64,000 nt of DNA from Candidatus Thorarchaeota archaeon (GTDB lineage Archaea > Asgardarchaeota > Thorarchaeia > Thorarchaeales > Thorarchaeaceae), in contig CP070761.1 in the NCBI GenBank assembly GCA_020348985.1, forward strand, positions 3,065,494-3,129,493, in the 5' to 3' direction. Position 1 is the stretch's first letter. Each line of letters begins with the position of its first letter. Shown piece after piece: positions 9,497 to 19,129 of the stretch. The notes under the pieces are model-generated. The model had not been told where the DNA came from. It worked only from the letters and a program-made list of their open reading frames with translations, and did not search any database. The position numbers and the translations under genes were made by a program.

Positions 9497-10765
9497 ATGG
9501 AATCATTGGAAAAGGCTGGTCTAGCGGTCAACTACAACAAAGTTGAGAGTACTAGACCCAAGAGCCTGCCTGATAGAGTCTTCATCTGGGATGAAACGCT
9601 TCGTGATGGAGAACAGACTCCTGGCGTAGCGTTGACAACAGATGAGAAGATCGAGATTGCTAAGATGCTTGACGAAGTTGGCTCTGCTGTCGTCACTGTT
9701 GGTTTTCCCGCAGTCAGCGAAGACGAGAAACGATCTGTCGCTGCAATTGCAGCTGAGGGCCTGCAGAAAGCAGTAATTGCGGCTCCGGCTCGTGCAGTCA
9801 TCTCGGATATTGAAAGCTGCATCGATGCTGGCGTCAAGGAAGTGCCAGTCTTCATTGCAACCTCTGATTTTCGTCTCAAGTATCAGCTTAGGATGACCCG
9901 AGACCAGATGCTTGAAAGGCTTCAGGAGTGCGTGGAATTCGGGAAGGAACACGGACTTCGAATTCACTACATTGCAGAAGACTCAACAAGGAGTGACATG
10001 GACTTCTTGTGTAGAGCCTACAGGTCAGCAATTGACGCTGGAGCAGACACGATTTGTGTAGCAGACACTGTTGGCTTTGCCAGACCCGAAGTTATGAGGC
10101 ACATAATGCGTGAGATCAAGTCAAACCTTTGGAAGAAGAGCAAATACAAGGTACCCATTGCAGTACACTGCCACGATGACTTTGGATTGGCAAACGCGAA
10201 CACTTTGGTCGCAGTTGAGGAAGGCGTCACCTATCCACATGTTTGCGTAAACGGATATGGAGAGCGTGCAGGGAATGCTGCTTTTGAAGAAGTGGTTATG
10301 TCGCTCGATCAGCTGTACGGAGTGGATACCGGAATAGATACTGAAAGAATATTCAGATTGTCTACACTTGTAGAGAAGCACTTTGTCGTACCGCTTCCAC
10401 TTCACAAGGCAATATCGGGTGACAATGCTTTCACTCATTCAAGTGGGATTCATTCACACGGTCAGTTGACCCATTCAATGACCTACGAGCCAATCAGTCC
10501 AGGGATTGTGGGTCGTAGGAGAGAATTCCATCTAGGCAAGTTCGTTGGTAGACACTTCGTGGAATACATGTTGAAGATGGGGGGTGTTAAGGCCACGACA
10601 GAGCAGGCAAAGGCAATAGCCGAACAAGTCAAGAAATCGCATGAAGAGCAGAAGAAAAGCCAGTCTCGGGATTCCTTTGATCAGATAAAGAAAGACTTGC
10701 GATCGCTAAGGACAGGTGTCTCTGAGAGGGAATTCTGGGCCATAGTATTCGACATTGTGACCTGA
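9497..10765 (+). CDS. LeuA-family Claisen-condensing synthase (homocitrate/isopropylmalate/citramalate synthase) without the allosteric C-terminal domain
   Basis: DETLRDGEQTPG, HCHDDFGLA, NGYGERAGNA, HSSGIHSHG; 422 aa. Confidence 0.92.
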   Translation: MESLEKAGLAVNYNKVESTRPKSLPDRVFIWDETLRDGEQTPGVALTTDEKIEIAKMLDEVGSAVVTVGFPAVSEDEKRSVAAIAAEGLQKAVIAAPARAVISDIESCIDAGVKEVPVFIATSDFRLKYQLRMTRDQMLERLQECVEFGKEHGLRIHYIAEDSTRSDMDFLCRAYRSAIDAGADTICVADTVGFARPEVMRHIMREIKSNLWKKSKYKVPIAVHCHDDFGLANANTLVAVEEGVTYPHVCVNGYGERAGNAAFEEVVMSLDQLYGVDTGIDTERIFRLSTLVEKHFVVPLPLHKAISGDNAFTHSSGIHSHGQLTHSMTYEPISPGIVGRRREFHLGKFVGRHFVEYMLKMGGVKATTEQAKAIAEQVKKSHEEQKKSQSRDSFDQIKKDLRSLRTGVSEREFWAIVFDIVT

Positions 10766-10784
10766 TAGACTGGTCTGGTAGCCT

Positions 10785-11564
10785 TCAGCTCGTGACTAGC
10801 TTTCCTGCGAGTCTCCGTCTAAGGAGAACCCCGATGTCCATTGCCACAACTCCACCAAGGAATGCGATACCAAATGCTCCGAGGACAATGATGTCAGTCA
10901 ACCATTGATTGAACAGGAACCAGTATACTAGCTCCACAATCAAGAAGACAGTTGCTGCCGCGAGAGAGACGTGGATCCCTTCCCTGAACACGCTCGTGTA
11001 CTTATTGGCCGATTTGGTGATATCATCAAGTCTGTCCTGATATTCAGTGAGTTCGACTGAGACGAAGCGTCCAACTGCCAGTTGCTCGGTCGTGAAGGCT
11101 TCGAATCCATCAATATTGATGTGCTTCTCATCACCAAAGATGAAGGTTCCACGAACGTATCTGAGAGCTGCTCCTCCGCTGAGAAGCGCAAGAACTGCTA
11201 TCACAATGAAGAATACGAAGATTTGCCAGAAGGCAAAACCAGCAACAATCACCGCTATGACTACAATCAAGCACAGAAGGTCAGATATTGCTCCTGCCGA
11301 TTCAGCGCCGCCTTGGAACAGCAAACCAAGTCTACGCAAAGCATTCACACTGACCCATGTCTGGTAGATGTGAGCTTCCTCTGGACTGACAAGATGCTTC
11401 TCTAGCGATGGCTGAACGTCCTGCATCCTGCCACCATAGACGACAATCTTGGCAGTTTCTATGGGCTCGTCACTAACAGAGCTCGTTGTTGGTTCTGCTT
11501 CAGAAGTAGTGTCTGTGGCATCTTCCATATTTCCATCCTCCCAATTCGATGGATAACCAGCCAT
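10785..11564 (-). CDS. Hypothetical membrane protein (4 TM)
   Basis: Two pairs of hydrophobic helices around a soluble segment. Confidence 0.7.
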   Translation of the reverse strand: MAGYPSNWEDGNMEDATDTTSEAEPTTSSVSDEPIETAKIVVYGGRMQDVQPSLEKHLVSPEEAHIYQTWVSVNALRRLGLLFQGGAESAGAISDLLCLIVVIAVIVAGFAFWQIFVFFIVIAVLALLSGGAALRYVRGTFIFGDEKHINIDGFEAFTTEQLAVGRFVSVELTEYQDRLDDITKSANKYTSVFREGIHVSLAAATVFLIVELVYWFLFNQWLTDIIVLGAFGIAFLGGVVAMDIGVLLRRRLAGKLVTS

Positions 11565-11648
11565 TTGTTATAACACTTGTCGTGGCTCGAGGCACTGATA
11601 GACAAACGACCGAACCGCTTTTGTCTGGTGAAGCTCTCACATTCCGCT

Positions 11649-12371
11649 ATGAAAGACCTCTTCGGTCAGATCATGAGAGATGCTTACGAGGGCAGAGATT
11701 CAACTCACATTCTTGAGCGAGACGACGGATATTCTCACGATTCTTCGGGTGCACAGTACGTGGCTTCATTCGATGAGTGGAATCCCCATGAGAAGCTCGC
11801 CATAGCACGAGCTAAAGGCAGGGTTTTGGACGTCGGATGCGGAGCTGGTCGTGTTGCTCTGTATTTGATAGAGCTAGGCCATGAGGTGATAGGCATCGAC
11901 GTATCTCCTGGAGCTCTTGAGGTCTGCAAGGAGAGGGGCTTTGGCAGTGTACATCTAATGTCTGCCGAAACTATTGACTTTCCTGACGAAACTTTTGATA
12001 CAGTGGTGCTCTACGGCAATAACTTCGGCTTTTTGGGGTTTCCAAATCGTGTCATAGACATGCTGAAACAACTCCATCGTGTAGCAAAGCGAGACGGGAT
12101 TGTCTTAGCTGCAACACGAAATCCATTGATGACAGAGAAACCAGAGCATCTCGCACTCCATGCCAGGAATCGTGCTCAAGGAAGACCGCCAGGTCTCATT
12201 AGAATCAGAATGAAGTATGAGGGCCAGATTGGTGATTGGTTTGATCTATTGTCTGTCACAGAAGAAGAAATGGCTGAACTTGGTGGGAAAGCTGGATGGA
12301 AGCTCAGCGAGATAATAAGAAGCGACACGGAGCAGCCAGAGCTGTACGTGGGCCTTCTGATAAAGGAATGA
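11649..12371 (+). CDS. Class I SAM-dependent methyltransferase
   Basis: ERDDG, VLDVGCGAG, GIDVS, FDTVVLYGNNFG; ATG 11649 chosen within ORF 11577..12371. Confidence 0.9.
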   Translation: MKDLFGQIMRDAYEGRDSTHILERDDGYSHDSSGAQYVASFDEWNPHEKLAIARAKGRVLDVGCGAGRVALYLIELGHEVIGIDVSPGALEVCKERGFGSVHLMSAETIDFPDETFDTVVLYGNNFGFLGFPNRVIDMLKQLHRVAKRDGIVLAATRNPLMTEKPEHLALHARNRAQGRPPGLIRIRMKYEGQIGDWFDLLSVTEEEMAELGGKAGWKLSEIIRSDTEQPELYVGLLIKE

Positions 12372-12377
12372 ATCAAG

Positions 12378-12911
12378 ATGACAGTATATGCATTTGGAGA
12401 GTACACACCTGAGATTGCTGAGACGGCGTATATCCATCCTCAAGCCTCGGTAATTGGGGACGTGAAGATCGGTGAGAGAGTCTTTGTGGCCCCGATGGCA
12501 TCAATCAGAGGAGACAGAGGTAGAATAGAGATTGGGGACGAATCAAACATCCAAGATGGCGCCGTGATACACTCCGAGAGTGGTATCGTGACTTGGATAG
12601 GTCGACGTGTCAACATAGGCCACAATGCTTCTATTCACTCTGAGCGGATTGAAGATTTTGGAGCGGTTGGAATGGGCGCCGTTCTGATGGTTGGTTCTGT
12701 TGTGGCAGAAGGAGCCCTCATTGCGAATTCTGCGCTCCTGCACCCTAAGACAAGGACTGAACCGTACAGCATCTATGCGGGCGTACCAGCCAAGCTGATG
12801 CGGAAATACGGCAAGGACGATTCTGCGCGCGCCGTCATAGACGAATACCTTGACCACTATGTTGAGTTCGCCTTAAGCTACGCCAAGAAACTGAGAAGAA
12901 TATCTGACTAG
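12378..12911 (+). CDS. Gamma carbonic anhydrase / PaaY-like hexapeptide-repeat protein
   Basis: IGDVKIG, IRGD, SNIQDGAVIH, IGHNASIH, AGVPAK. Confidence 0.92.
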   Translation: MTVYAFGEYTPEIAETAYIHPQASVIGDVKIGERVFVAPMASIRGDRGRIEIGDESNIQDGAVIHSESGIVTWIGRRVNIGHNASIHSERIEDFGAVGMGAVLMVGSVVAEGALIANSALLHPKTRTEPYSIYAGVPAKLMRKYGKDDSARAVIDEYLDHYVEFALSYAKKLRRISD

Positions 12912-12988
12912 GATACTCTTTGAAGATCAGACAACGGTTTGCGCCTCTACCCAAGAGGTTATCTAGGTCAAAGTAACTATAGTTAATT

Positions 12989-13273
12989 GTGAGCAAGATG
13001 ATGGAACAAGCGTTCGTAGGAAAGGTCATTTCTACACAGATTGGCACGTTCGGTAACAAGAAGTTCAAGTATGGATATATTACAGTCGACGTTTCTGGGA
13101 AGGCGATCAAAGTCAAGATTGACCGCGAGACTATATGCGAAACAATTCAACCCGGAGACCTAGTTATAGTTGAAGCTGAAGCTCTGGGTGAGACCGCGAT
13201 TCTTGTAGCGAAATCAATTCGCATCCAACATCCTGCTGAGGATAGAAAACCCGTCGTCGAAGCTTCCAGTTAG
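12989..13273 (+). CDS. Small hypothetical OB-fold-like protein
   Basis: GKVIS, KYGYITVDV, IQPGDLVIVE, VAKSI beta-strand pattern. Confidence 0.6.
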   Translation: MSKMMEQAFVGKVISTQIGTFGNKKFKYGYITVDVSGKAIKVKIDRETICETIQPGDLVIVEAEALGETAILVAKSIRIQHPAEDRKPVVEASS

Positions 13274-13400
13274 CTCAACGATTTCCCTGGTTCAAGCAAG
13301 AATCGAGGCTAGCAATCCCAATCAGAGTCGACAGTAAGACACATTATGTCATTTCCAACCGTACGTCTCCTACGAAACTACTAGCTCGGAGTGTAGGCGA

Positions 13401-13781
13401 ATGGCTGAGAAGAAGCTACGCTATCATTGTACAGCATGTGGAACCCCCAACGATCTAGACCTGGAAATCCCGATTGCACCCGAACTCAAGCAGTTTGAGA
13501 TAAACTGCTCAAATTGCCAAGATTTGACTCATGTGCTCATGACAAGATGTCCGAAATGCCAGAATTCTACACAATATCTTCACAGCGACTTGGATTTCAC
13601 ACAAGAGATTCTCACGCTTTCTGGAACCTATGTGGATTTGATAAAGGGGATCAAGAGCAGCCTGTCTGAATACGTAAAGGAGTTCAAAGTGCCAGTACCG
13701 AAAAGATGGACGGTTCAGCTGACTTGCTCGTGCGGAGAAGAATATCCCGCATATATTCCACTCCCAAGCGCAGAGGACTAG
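13401..13781 (+). CDS. Hypothetical multi-Cys zinc-binding protein
   Basis: CTAC, CSNC, CPKC, CSC. Confidence 0.7.
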   Translation: MAEKKLRYHCTACGTPNDLDLEIPIAPELKQFEINCSNCQDLTHVLMTRCPKCQNSTQYLHSDLDFTQEILTLSGTYVDLIKGIKSSLSEYVKEFKVPVPKRWTVQLTCSCGEEYPAYIPLPSAED

Positions 13782-13797
13782 GAAGATTTGGGAAGAC

Positions 13798-14592
13798 ATG
13801 AAGGCTAGAATCGGGGACAGAATCAAAGCGAAGGTGGCATCTAGACTAATGACCAAAATGTCTCGCGATGAAAGAATCGTCAGAGTACTCTTGGGTGCCA
13901 AACGAGAGGACATACCTGAACGTCTTCTCCTTGTTTCAACGAGTTTCATTTTGGACAGAGCCAAGTCTCTAATCTCGAAGACAAAGGTAGTTGGAAGAGT
14001 CACAACCGGAGAATTCGGCCACAGTAGAATCGGAATTGTCGATATTGGAATGGGTACTCCATCGGCAGCAATGATGATGGAGGCTGTCGTGAGAACTGAT
14101 GCGGAGGTTTTACTCAGGGCTGACTTTTGTGGAGGTCTCGAAGAGGACCATTCAGTAGGGGACGCGTTCATAGCCGAAAAGGCAATCGTCGGAGACGGAT
14201 CGGGCGCTACCTACTTCGGTGCAGAGGCCGTGGTTGGGGCTCACGAAGGCTTGACTGAATACATCAAGGATATCCTAGGAGAGATGAAATTGACTCAACA
14301 TGCGGGGACTATTTGGACAACTGATATTCTGATGAAACAGACAAAGGAATTGCTTTCAGAATGGGTCCAGAAAGGTGCTTCTGCTGTGGACATGGAAAGC
14401 ACGGCAATTCTTGGAATTGCAGAAGTTGAAGGTGTACCGGCGGCATCCCTCAACTGCATTTCAGATCTGCCATTGCATGGTCGGGGTCCATTTGACTCGG
14501 ATACAGTTGATCCAAACCTGCTTACTGGAACAGATCGAATCATCCAGGCAGGCCTCAAGTCTTTGATTTCGTGGGATTCTAGCTCAGCGTAA
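13798..14592 (+). CDS. Nucleoside phosphorylase (PNP/UDP/AMP-nucleosidase superfamily)
   Basis: IGMGTPSAA, CGGL, VGDG, GTIWTTD, AVDMES, ISD. Confidence 0.85.
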   Translation: MKARIGDRIKAKVASRLMTKMSRDERIVRVLLGAKREDIPERLLLVSTSFILDRAKSLISKTKVVGRVTTGEFGHSRIGIVDIGMGTPSAAMMMEAVVRTDAEVLLRADFCGGLEEDHSVGDAFIAEKAIVGDGSGATYFGAEAVVGAHEGLTEYIKDILGEMKLTQHAGTIWTTDILMKQTKELLSEWVQKGASAVDMESTAILGIAEVEGVPAASLNCISDLPLHGRGPFDSDTVDPNLLTGTDRIIQAGLKSLISWDSSSA

Positions 14593-15016
14593 TCTCGTAT
14601 TCTAGATGCACCGGACATTTCACGGAGTTGCCGATAAGGCAGTATTTGTGTGCCCTCTCAGCCGCTTTTTTCATTCGCTTCTTATCGGTCTCGGTTGACA
14701 CTCTGATTCGTGCAAACATGCTGATCTGGTCAAATTCCCATCCAAACTCGCCTCTTGCTAGTGTTCCGTTGGCAGTAACGCGAAAGTCGATGAACTCGGC
14801 ATGAAACCGTTTTGCCACTCCTGGAAGAGTCACCCCATAGCATGATACAACTGATGCGAGAAAGAGATCTTCTGGAGAAATCATACCCTCTGGGCTTTCG
14901 TCCCAGAAATCGGGAGGAGTGGCAATCTCCAGCTTCTCTTTTCCTTCGATCTCTATTGTGACTATCTTGTCCTTTACCCATTTGCTTTCGAGTTCGTAGC
15001 GATGTTCCTTAGTCAT
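14579..15016 (-). CDS. OsmC-family protein
   Basis: SPEDLFLASVVSC and AHKYCLIGNS (two Cys). Confidence 0.9.
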   Translation of the reverse strand: MTKEHRYELESKWVKDKIVTIEIEGKEKLEIATPPDFWDESPEGMISPEDLFLASVVSCYGVTLPGVAKRFHAEFIDFRVTANGTLARGEFGWEFDQISMFARIRVSTETDKKRMKKAAERAHKYCLIGNSVKCPVHLEYEITLS

Positions 15017-15302
15017 AGTGTGGGCCTCGGTGTTTTTCGCGCTCTGAGTTGGATGAAAACGAAGGTTGAATCTTCCGCAAGGGGAAATTGGGAAGGCAGA
15101 TGCGCGCCTTTACGCTGCAGATTCATGAATTGAGATGGTGACCCTTATTAGGAAGTGTAAGCATTCTCAAAGCGGTGGTCAGGTGGCTAGCAGGGCTTCT
15201 ATATTCTGTAACATGCCCTCATAACTCCCCCCCTCCTACCAGTTGCCCTGGTGGTACTGACCACCAACTTCTGAGGGATCTACGATCTGCTGTAGGGTGA
15301 AT

Positions 15303-16205
15303 CTAATCCTTTGATTTTGACTTCAGTTGTCTTAGAGCCTCTTTGATGTCTTCTTCGTCTATCTGAGCCTCTTCAACTTCAACTGCCTCAACAGTGTCAG
15401 CGAGACCGCTTGCAGCAGCAGGGCTGTGTCGAACTGCTCTTTTTGTGACACCTTTTCCTCTCAGTTTCGAAGCAATCTCCGCAAGTTTTCCAGGTGAAAC
15501 CTCTACATCATCCGGCAGGTCTTCCATGCTCGCGCCGAGTTCCTCGAGAATCGACTGTTGAATTCCAATCTTGTCAATCTCCTCCATTGCGATTCCGGTG
15601 ATTAGACCCACCAGCAAATCCGCCTTCTCCAGGGGGAAGAAGTTTCCTTTCGAGTTCTCAGCGATCTTCTTGTAGGCATCGATTGCGCTCTTGTATCTAT
15701 TGATTTGCGGAGTGCAGCCGACTGTGTGGATTACTACCCCGATGTCAAAAGCTCTCTGAGACTCTTCTTCCCAATTGTGGCCGTCAGGACATCCATCAGG
15801 AAAGTTGTCTCCCGAAGGTTCCACGCCGTGTGGAGGCGCGTCGCCAATTAGGATGACAACCTTGGCCGACTCGTTCAAGAACTCCATTCTGTTTGCAACG
15901 TGCAATGCATCGCAGACCGCTTCTGGACCATCGCCTCCACCATGTGCTACCATCTCCTTCACGTAACCTTCTATACTCGAGGTGTCAGGTGAGAGCTCGT
16001 ACTTCTTTGTCACAAAGCTCTCATCTTCAGGAGGATGATCACGGTAGGAAACGAGACCGACTCTGAGCCTGTGAACGAGCTCCTCTTTCTTGATTGTGCG
16101 GATTATCTCCAGTATCTTGACCTTGACAGCATTGATGTAAGGGCCCATGCTGCCAGTATTGTCGACCACAAAAACGATGTCCAGTTGTCCCAGCTTTTCA
16201 GACAT
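15303..16205 (-). CDS. von Willebrand factor A domain protein
   Basis: DIVFVVDNTGSM (MIDAS), VSYRDH, GGGDGPEA, LIGDAPPHG. Confidence 0.9.
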   Translation of the reverse strand: MSEKLGQLDIVFVVDNTGSMGPYINAVKVKILEIIRTIKKEELVHRLRVGLVSYRDHPPEDESFVTKKYELSPDTSSIEGYVKEMVAHGGGDGPEAVCDALHVANRMEFLNESAKVVILIGDAPPHGVEPSGDNFPDGCPDGHNWEEESQRAFDIGVVIHTVGCTPQINRYKSAIDAYKKIAENSKGNFFPLEKADLLVGLITGIAMEEIDKIGIQQSILEELGASMEDLPDDVEVSPGKLAEIASKLRGKGVTKRAVRHSPAAASGLADTVEAVEVEEAQIDEEDIKEALRQLKSKSKD

Positions 16206-16281
16206 TGCAATCGTTAGAAGGCTGACTTTTGGGGCATATTAGTTTAAGCTATTCAGACTGTATGCTCGTGCATACCGCAAG

Positions 16282-17016
16282 CTAGCCTTGGTTCCTTATC
16301 AGATACTGGATGTTTCCATCAATTATGTCAGGTCTTGAAATTGATCCGTGACCCGGGAGTACCCATTCTATGTCTAGCTCTTTCAGTCGCTCTAAGTTCT
16401 TGATCCAAGTCGTGACGCTGACGGAATCTAGGCGAATGTATGGATCCATTCCCTCCAAGATTGCATCACCTGCGAATAGCACCTTGGATCTTGGGTGATA
16501 AACTGCAATATCTCCTGGAGTATGTCCTGGAATGGACAGGATCTGGAGTTCGTCTCCAAGATTGAGAGTAGTGTCTTCGGTGAGTGTCCGCTCTGGTCTA
16601 GTCAGTATCGCATCTCCGAGAACATCAATTGGGTCGTACTTCTCTTTGACTCTAATGGCGATGTCGTTCTTTGAGAGATCGCGTTCGGCGTGTAGGATAT
16701 TCGCAGTGTGTTCATGGGCAATCACAGTCGCTCCGTGTTTCTTGATCTCATTCATTCCAAAACAGTGATCTGTATCCTTGTGGGTGAGGATGAGAAACAA
16801 GTCCTCTGTACCCCTCATCTTGTCCCCAGCGAAGTTCCAGAGAAACTCTCCCGAGAATGCCGACATTCCGGAGTCAATGAAGATGATTGACTCTTTTGTT
16901 TGGATGATACCTGCATTGACTCCGATATCCGCAAAGAAGTGAACTAGTCTATTTACTGCAAATACGCCGTCTGCAATCTCTTTTGTTTGAGGGTTCCCCA
17001 CACCTGGATGAGCCAT
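16282..17016 (-). CDS. MBL-fold metallo-hydrolase (glyoxalase II/cyclase-like)
   Basis: NAGII, IDSG, THKDTDH, GHTPGD, AGDA, PGHG; start chosen at ATG 17016. Confidence 0.88.
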   Translation of the reverse strand: MAHPGVGNPQTKEIADGVFAVNRLVHFFADIGVNAGIIQTKESIIFIDSGMSAFSGEFLWNFAGDKMRGTEDLFLILTHKDTDHCFGMNEIKKHGATVIAHEHTANILHAERDLSKNDIAIRVKEKYDPIDVLGDAILTRPERTLTEDTTLNLGDELQILSIPGHTPGDIAVYHPRSKVLFAGDAILEGMDPYIRLDSVSVTTWIKNLERLKELDIEWVLPGHGSISRPDIIDGNIQYLIRNQG

Positions 17017-17184
17017 GTCTTCTGGACCTGTTTTTTCACATCTTAAGTTATCTCTCTGCGCGAGAAGCCCGCAGTGACCAGCTTCTGGTTGATTGGAGGG
17101 TTGTTGGCAAATACAGGCAGAAATAAAGCACCAACAAGCTGAGACTACCAAATCAACCAGACGTGGCCAGAGGAGTCGGAGAGT

Positions 17185-18231
17185 GTGGAAACTAGGCAAT
17201 GGATAGCCACTGTTCTTTGTTGTTTCTTGATAATGGTCTCATGGAAGCCAGCTGAATGTGCACAGCAAGACTCAACTGATAGACCGAAAATCGTCTTTGA
17301 CTATTCTCATGGTCAGCCGGAAAGAGACCGCGACATTCATGAGCCAGTTGACAACAACCTTGCCGGCAATTTAACAGCTCTTGGTTATGAAGTAGTCTTC
17401 GCGTGGGGAGGGTTGAACTCGAGCGTTCTCTCTGATGCGGCGGGCATGATGTTTGCGTACATCTGGGGAGACAGCAACGGCTACACTGACAACGAGATTG
17501 ATGCCATTGTTAACTGGTACAATGAAGGTCATCGATTCGTCTGGGTTGGGGGCAACGGCGACTATGACGAATTCATATGTAGGATGTGGGCGAATTCGAC
17601 TCGTATTCTGGAGTCCATTGGGTCTCACATCTACCTTGAACCGACAGAATGTAACGATCCAATACTCAATTGTGGGGCTGACTACCGAATGATTGCGAAT
17701 GTGACCAGTACGGACCCATTCATAGCTGATTGCGTTCGGAATGTTGAGACTGCTTACTTCCATGGTCCTACGATTGTGTACGGGAGTGACAGCACGAATA
17801 GCAGCCATCTGGAAGGCCCTGTTCCCTTGGAGAACAACTCTATTCCAAATGTGTATCCTCTGGTGTTCTACAGTCCATCAGCACGGATAATCGACATGAC
17901 AAGATCAATGATGCCAGTAGTCCATGAAGATGGTCAAGAGGGTTCGTTTGTCGCTGCTGCAATAGAAATAGCAGCAGGAGTGACTGGAACGAATGTCTTG
18001 GTGGTATCTGGGGCCAGTCCATATGGGGATCGGTCGATGTGCTCTGAGAGTTACTACGGAGTCTCTCATGATGGATACCTCTTTGTGAGACAGACTGTTG
18101 ATTTTGGAATGCAGTTGGCCCTGACTGAAGTGCAGAACTATACGGTCCACATTATCATCATTGGCGGGGCGATTGTCACAATAGTGGTTCTCATCTACAT
18201 TATCAGGAGAAGCGATATTCTGTCCGGATGA
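17185..18231 (+). CDS. Exported, C-terminally anchored protein with DUF4350/GIFT-like (class I GATase-like) domain
   Basis: Signal peptide; KIVFDYSHGQ, YTDNEIDAIVNWYNEG, LVVSG; C-terminal TM followed by RR. Confidence 0.7.
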   Translation: METRQWIATVLCCFLIMVSWKPAECAQQDSTDRPKIVFDYSHGQPERDRDIHEPVDNNLAGNLTALGYEVVFAWGGLNSSVLSDAAGMMFAYIWGDSNGYTDNEIDAIVNWYNEGHRFVWVGGNGDYDEFICRMWANSTRILESIGSHIYLEPTECNDPILNCGADYRMIANVTSTDPFIADCVRNVETAYFHGPTIVYGSDSTNSSHLEGPVPLENNSIPNVYPLVFYSPSARIIDMTRSMMPVVHEDGQEGSFVAAAIEIAAGVTGTNVLVVSGASPYGDRSMCSESYYGVSHDGYLFVRQTVDFGMQLALTEVQNYTVHIIIIGGAIVTIVVLIYIIRRSDILSG

Positions 18232-18325
18232 ACAGATTCCACAGACTTCGAGTCATTGTTAGGCTAGACTTTTTAGAGGGACTAAGGAATTTCCACGAGC
18301 CGCTTACGGACCATGAAATGGAGAT

Positions 18326-19021
18326 TTGTTGATGGAAGTATTCAGCCAGCCTTCAGACAGAGACCTGGCATTGATTCACGCATTGTTTGCAGTCATAGCG
18401 GCTGTAACTCTACTTGCACCAATACCTATGGTAATGGGCGATCGCATTCTTGCCCTTGTTATTGTCTATAGCATTCTCATCCTCTATGGAGCAATTCAGA
18501 GAGGCTACCGAGAATGGATCGACATATGGCTCTTTTCGATTATTCTTAGCATGCTAATGATAATGCCAGATTGGTTCCTTGTCGCGCAGCTCAATGTACT
18601 CACATTTCCTGTTGATGGCACCCCCATGATTGGACCTATTCCTCTGTATATGGGCGGTTTGTGGGCAATACCGTTCTTCATCATAATATACCTCGGAAAT
18701 CGAATTGAAGAGTGGGTCGGAGGGATTCTAGTCAATGTTATTGTGGCTCTCATTGCATTGATCATTTTCGGCATTGCCGAAGCCACACTCTGGGCACTAC
18801 CATCTTGGCAGGCTCAGAACGTCTTCATGATTGGTCATGTCGCCGTCTACATTCTGTTCCCCGAAATGATATTGGGTTTGGCGGTCTTCGTCACCTATGC
18901 TCAGGTAAGAGAGCGACAGATTTGGAGAAAGATACACTGGGCCTTTCTGACAATGCTCGTCTATATGGGCAGCATTTCGTTCTTCTACTTCTTGATAGAA
19001 AGAATCATCCTCCAGGCTTAG
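18326..19021 (+). CDS. Multi-pass membrane protein (DUF6989-like)
   Basis: PDWFLV..L.VL.FP, PLYMGGLWAIP, W.AQNV, YILFPE. Confidence 0.7.
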   Translation: MLMEVFSQPSDRDLALIHALFAVIAAVTLLAPIPMVMGDRILALVIVYSILILYGAIQRGYREWIDIWLFSIILSMLMIMPDWFLVAQLNVLTFPVDGTPMIGPIPLYMGGLWAIPFFIIIYLGNRIEEWVGGILVNVIVALIALIIFGIAEATLWALPSWQAQNVFMIGHVAVYILFPEMILGLAVFVTYAQVRERQIWRKIHWAFLTMLVYMGSISFFYFLIERIILQA

Positions 19022-19129
19022 GCCATTGTGTCAATCCACGGCTTGCTGTCAACTTACAATCATGGCTGTGATACCTCACCAGCAATTCAAAAAAGGGGGA
19101 TTATCATATGCTGAGAGGGGAAGGGAAAG

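Noticed and set aside
15017-15302. Intergenic hairpins (ggtggtactgaccacc; ccctca...tgaggg) as SECIS or riboswitch
   Set aside because: No SECIS core recognised, flanking genes have no in-frame UGA, and the stems are short.
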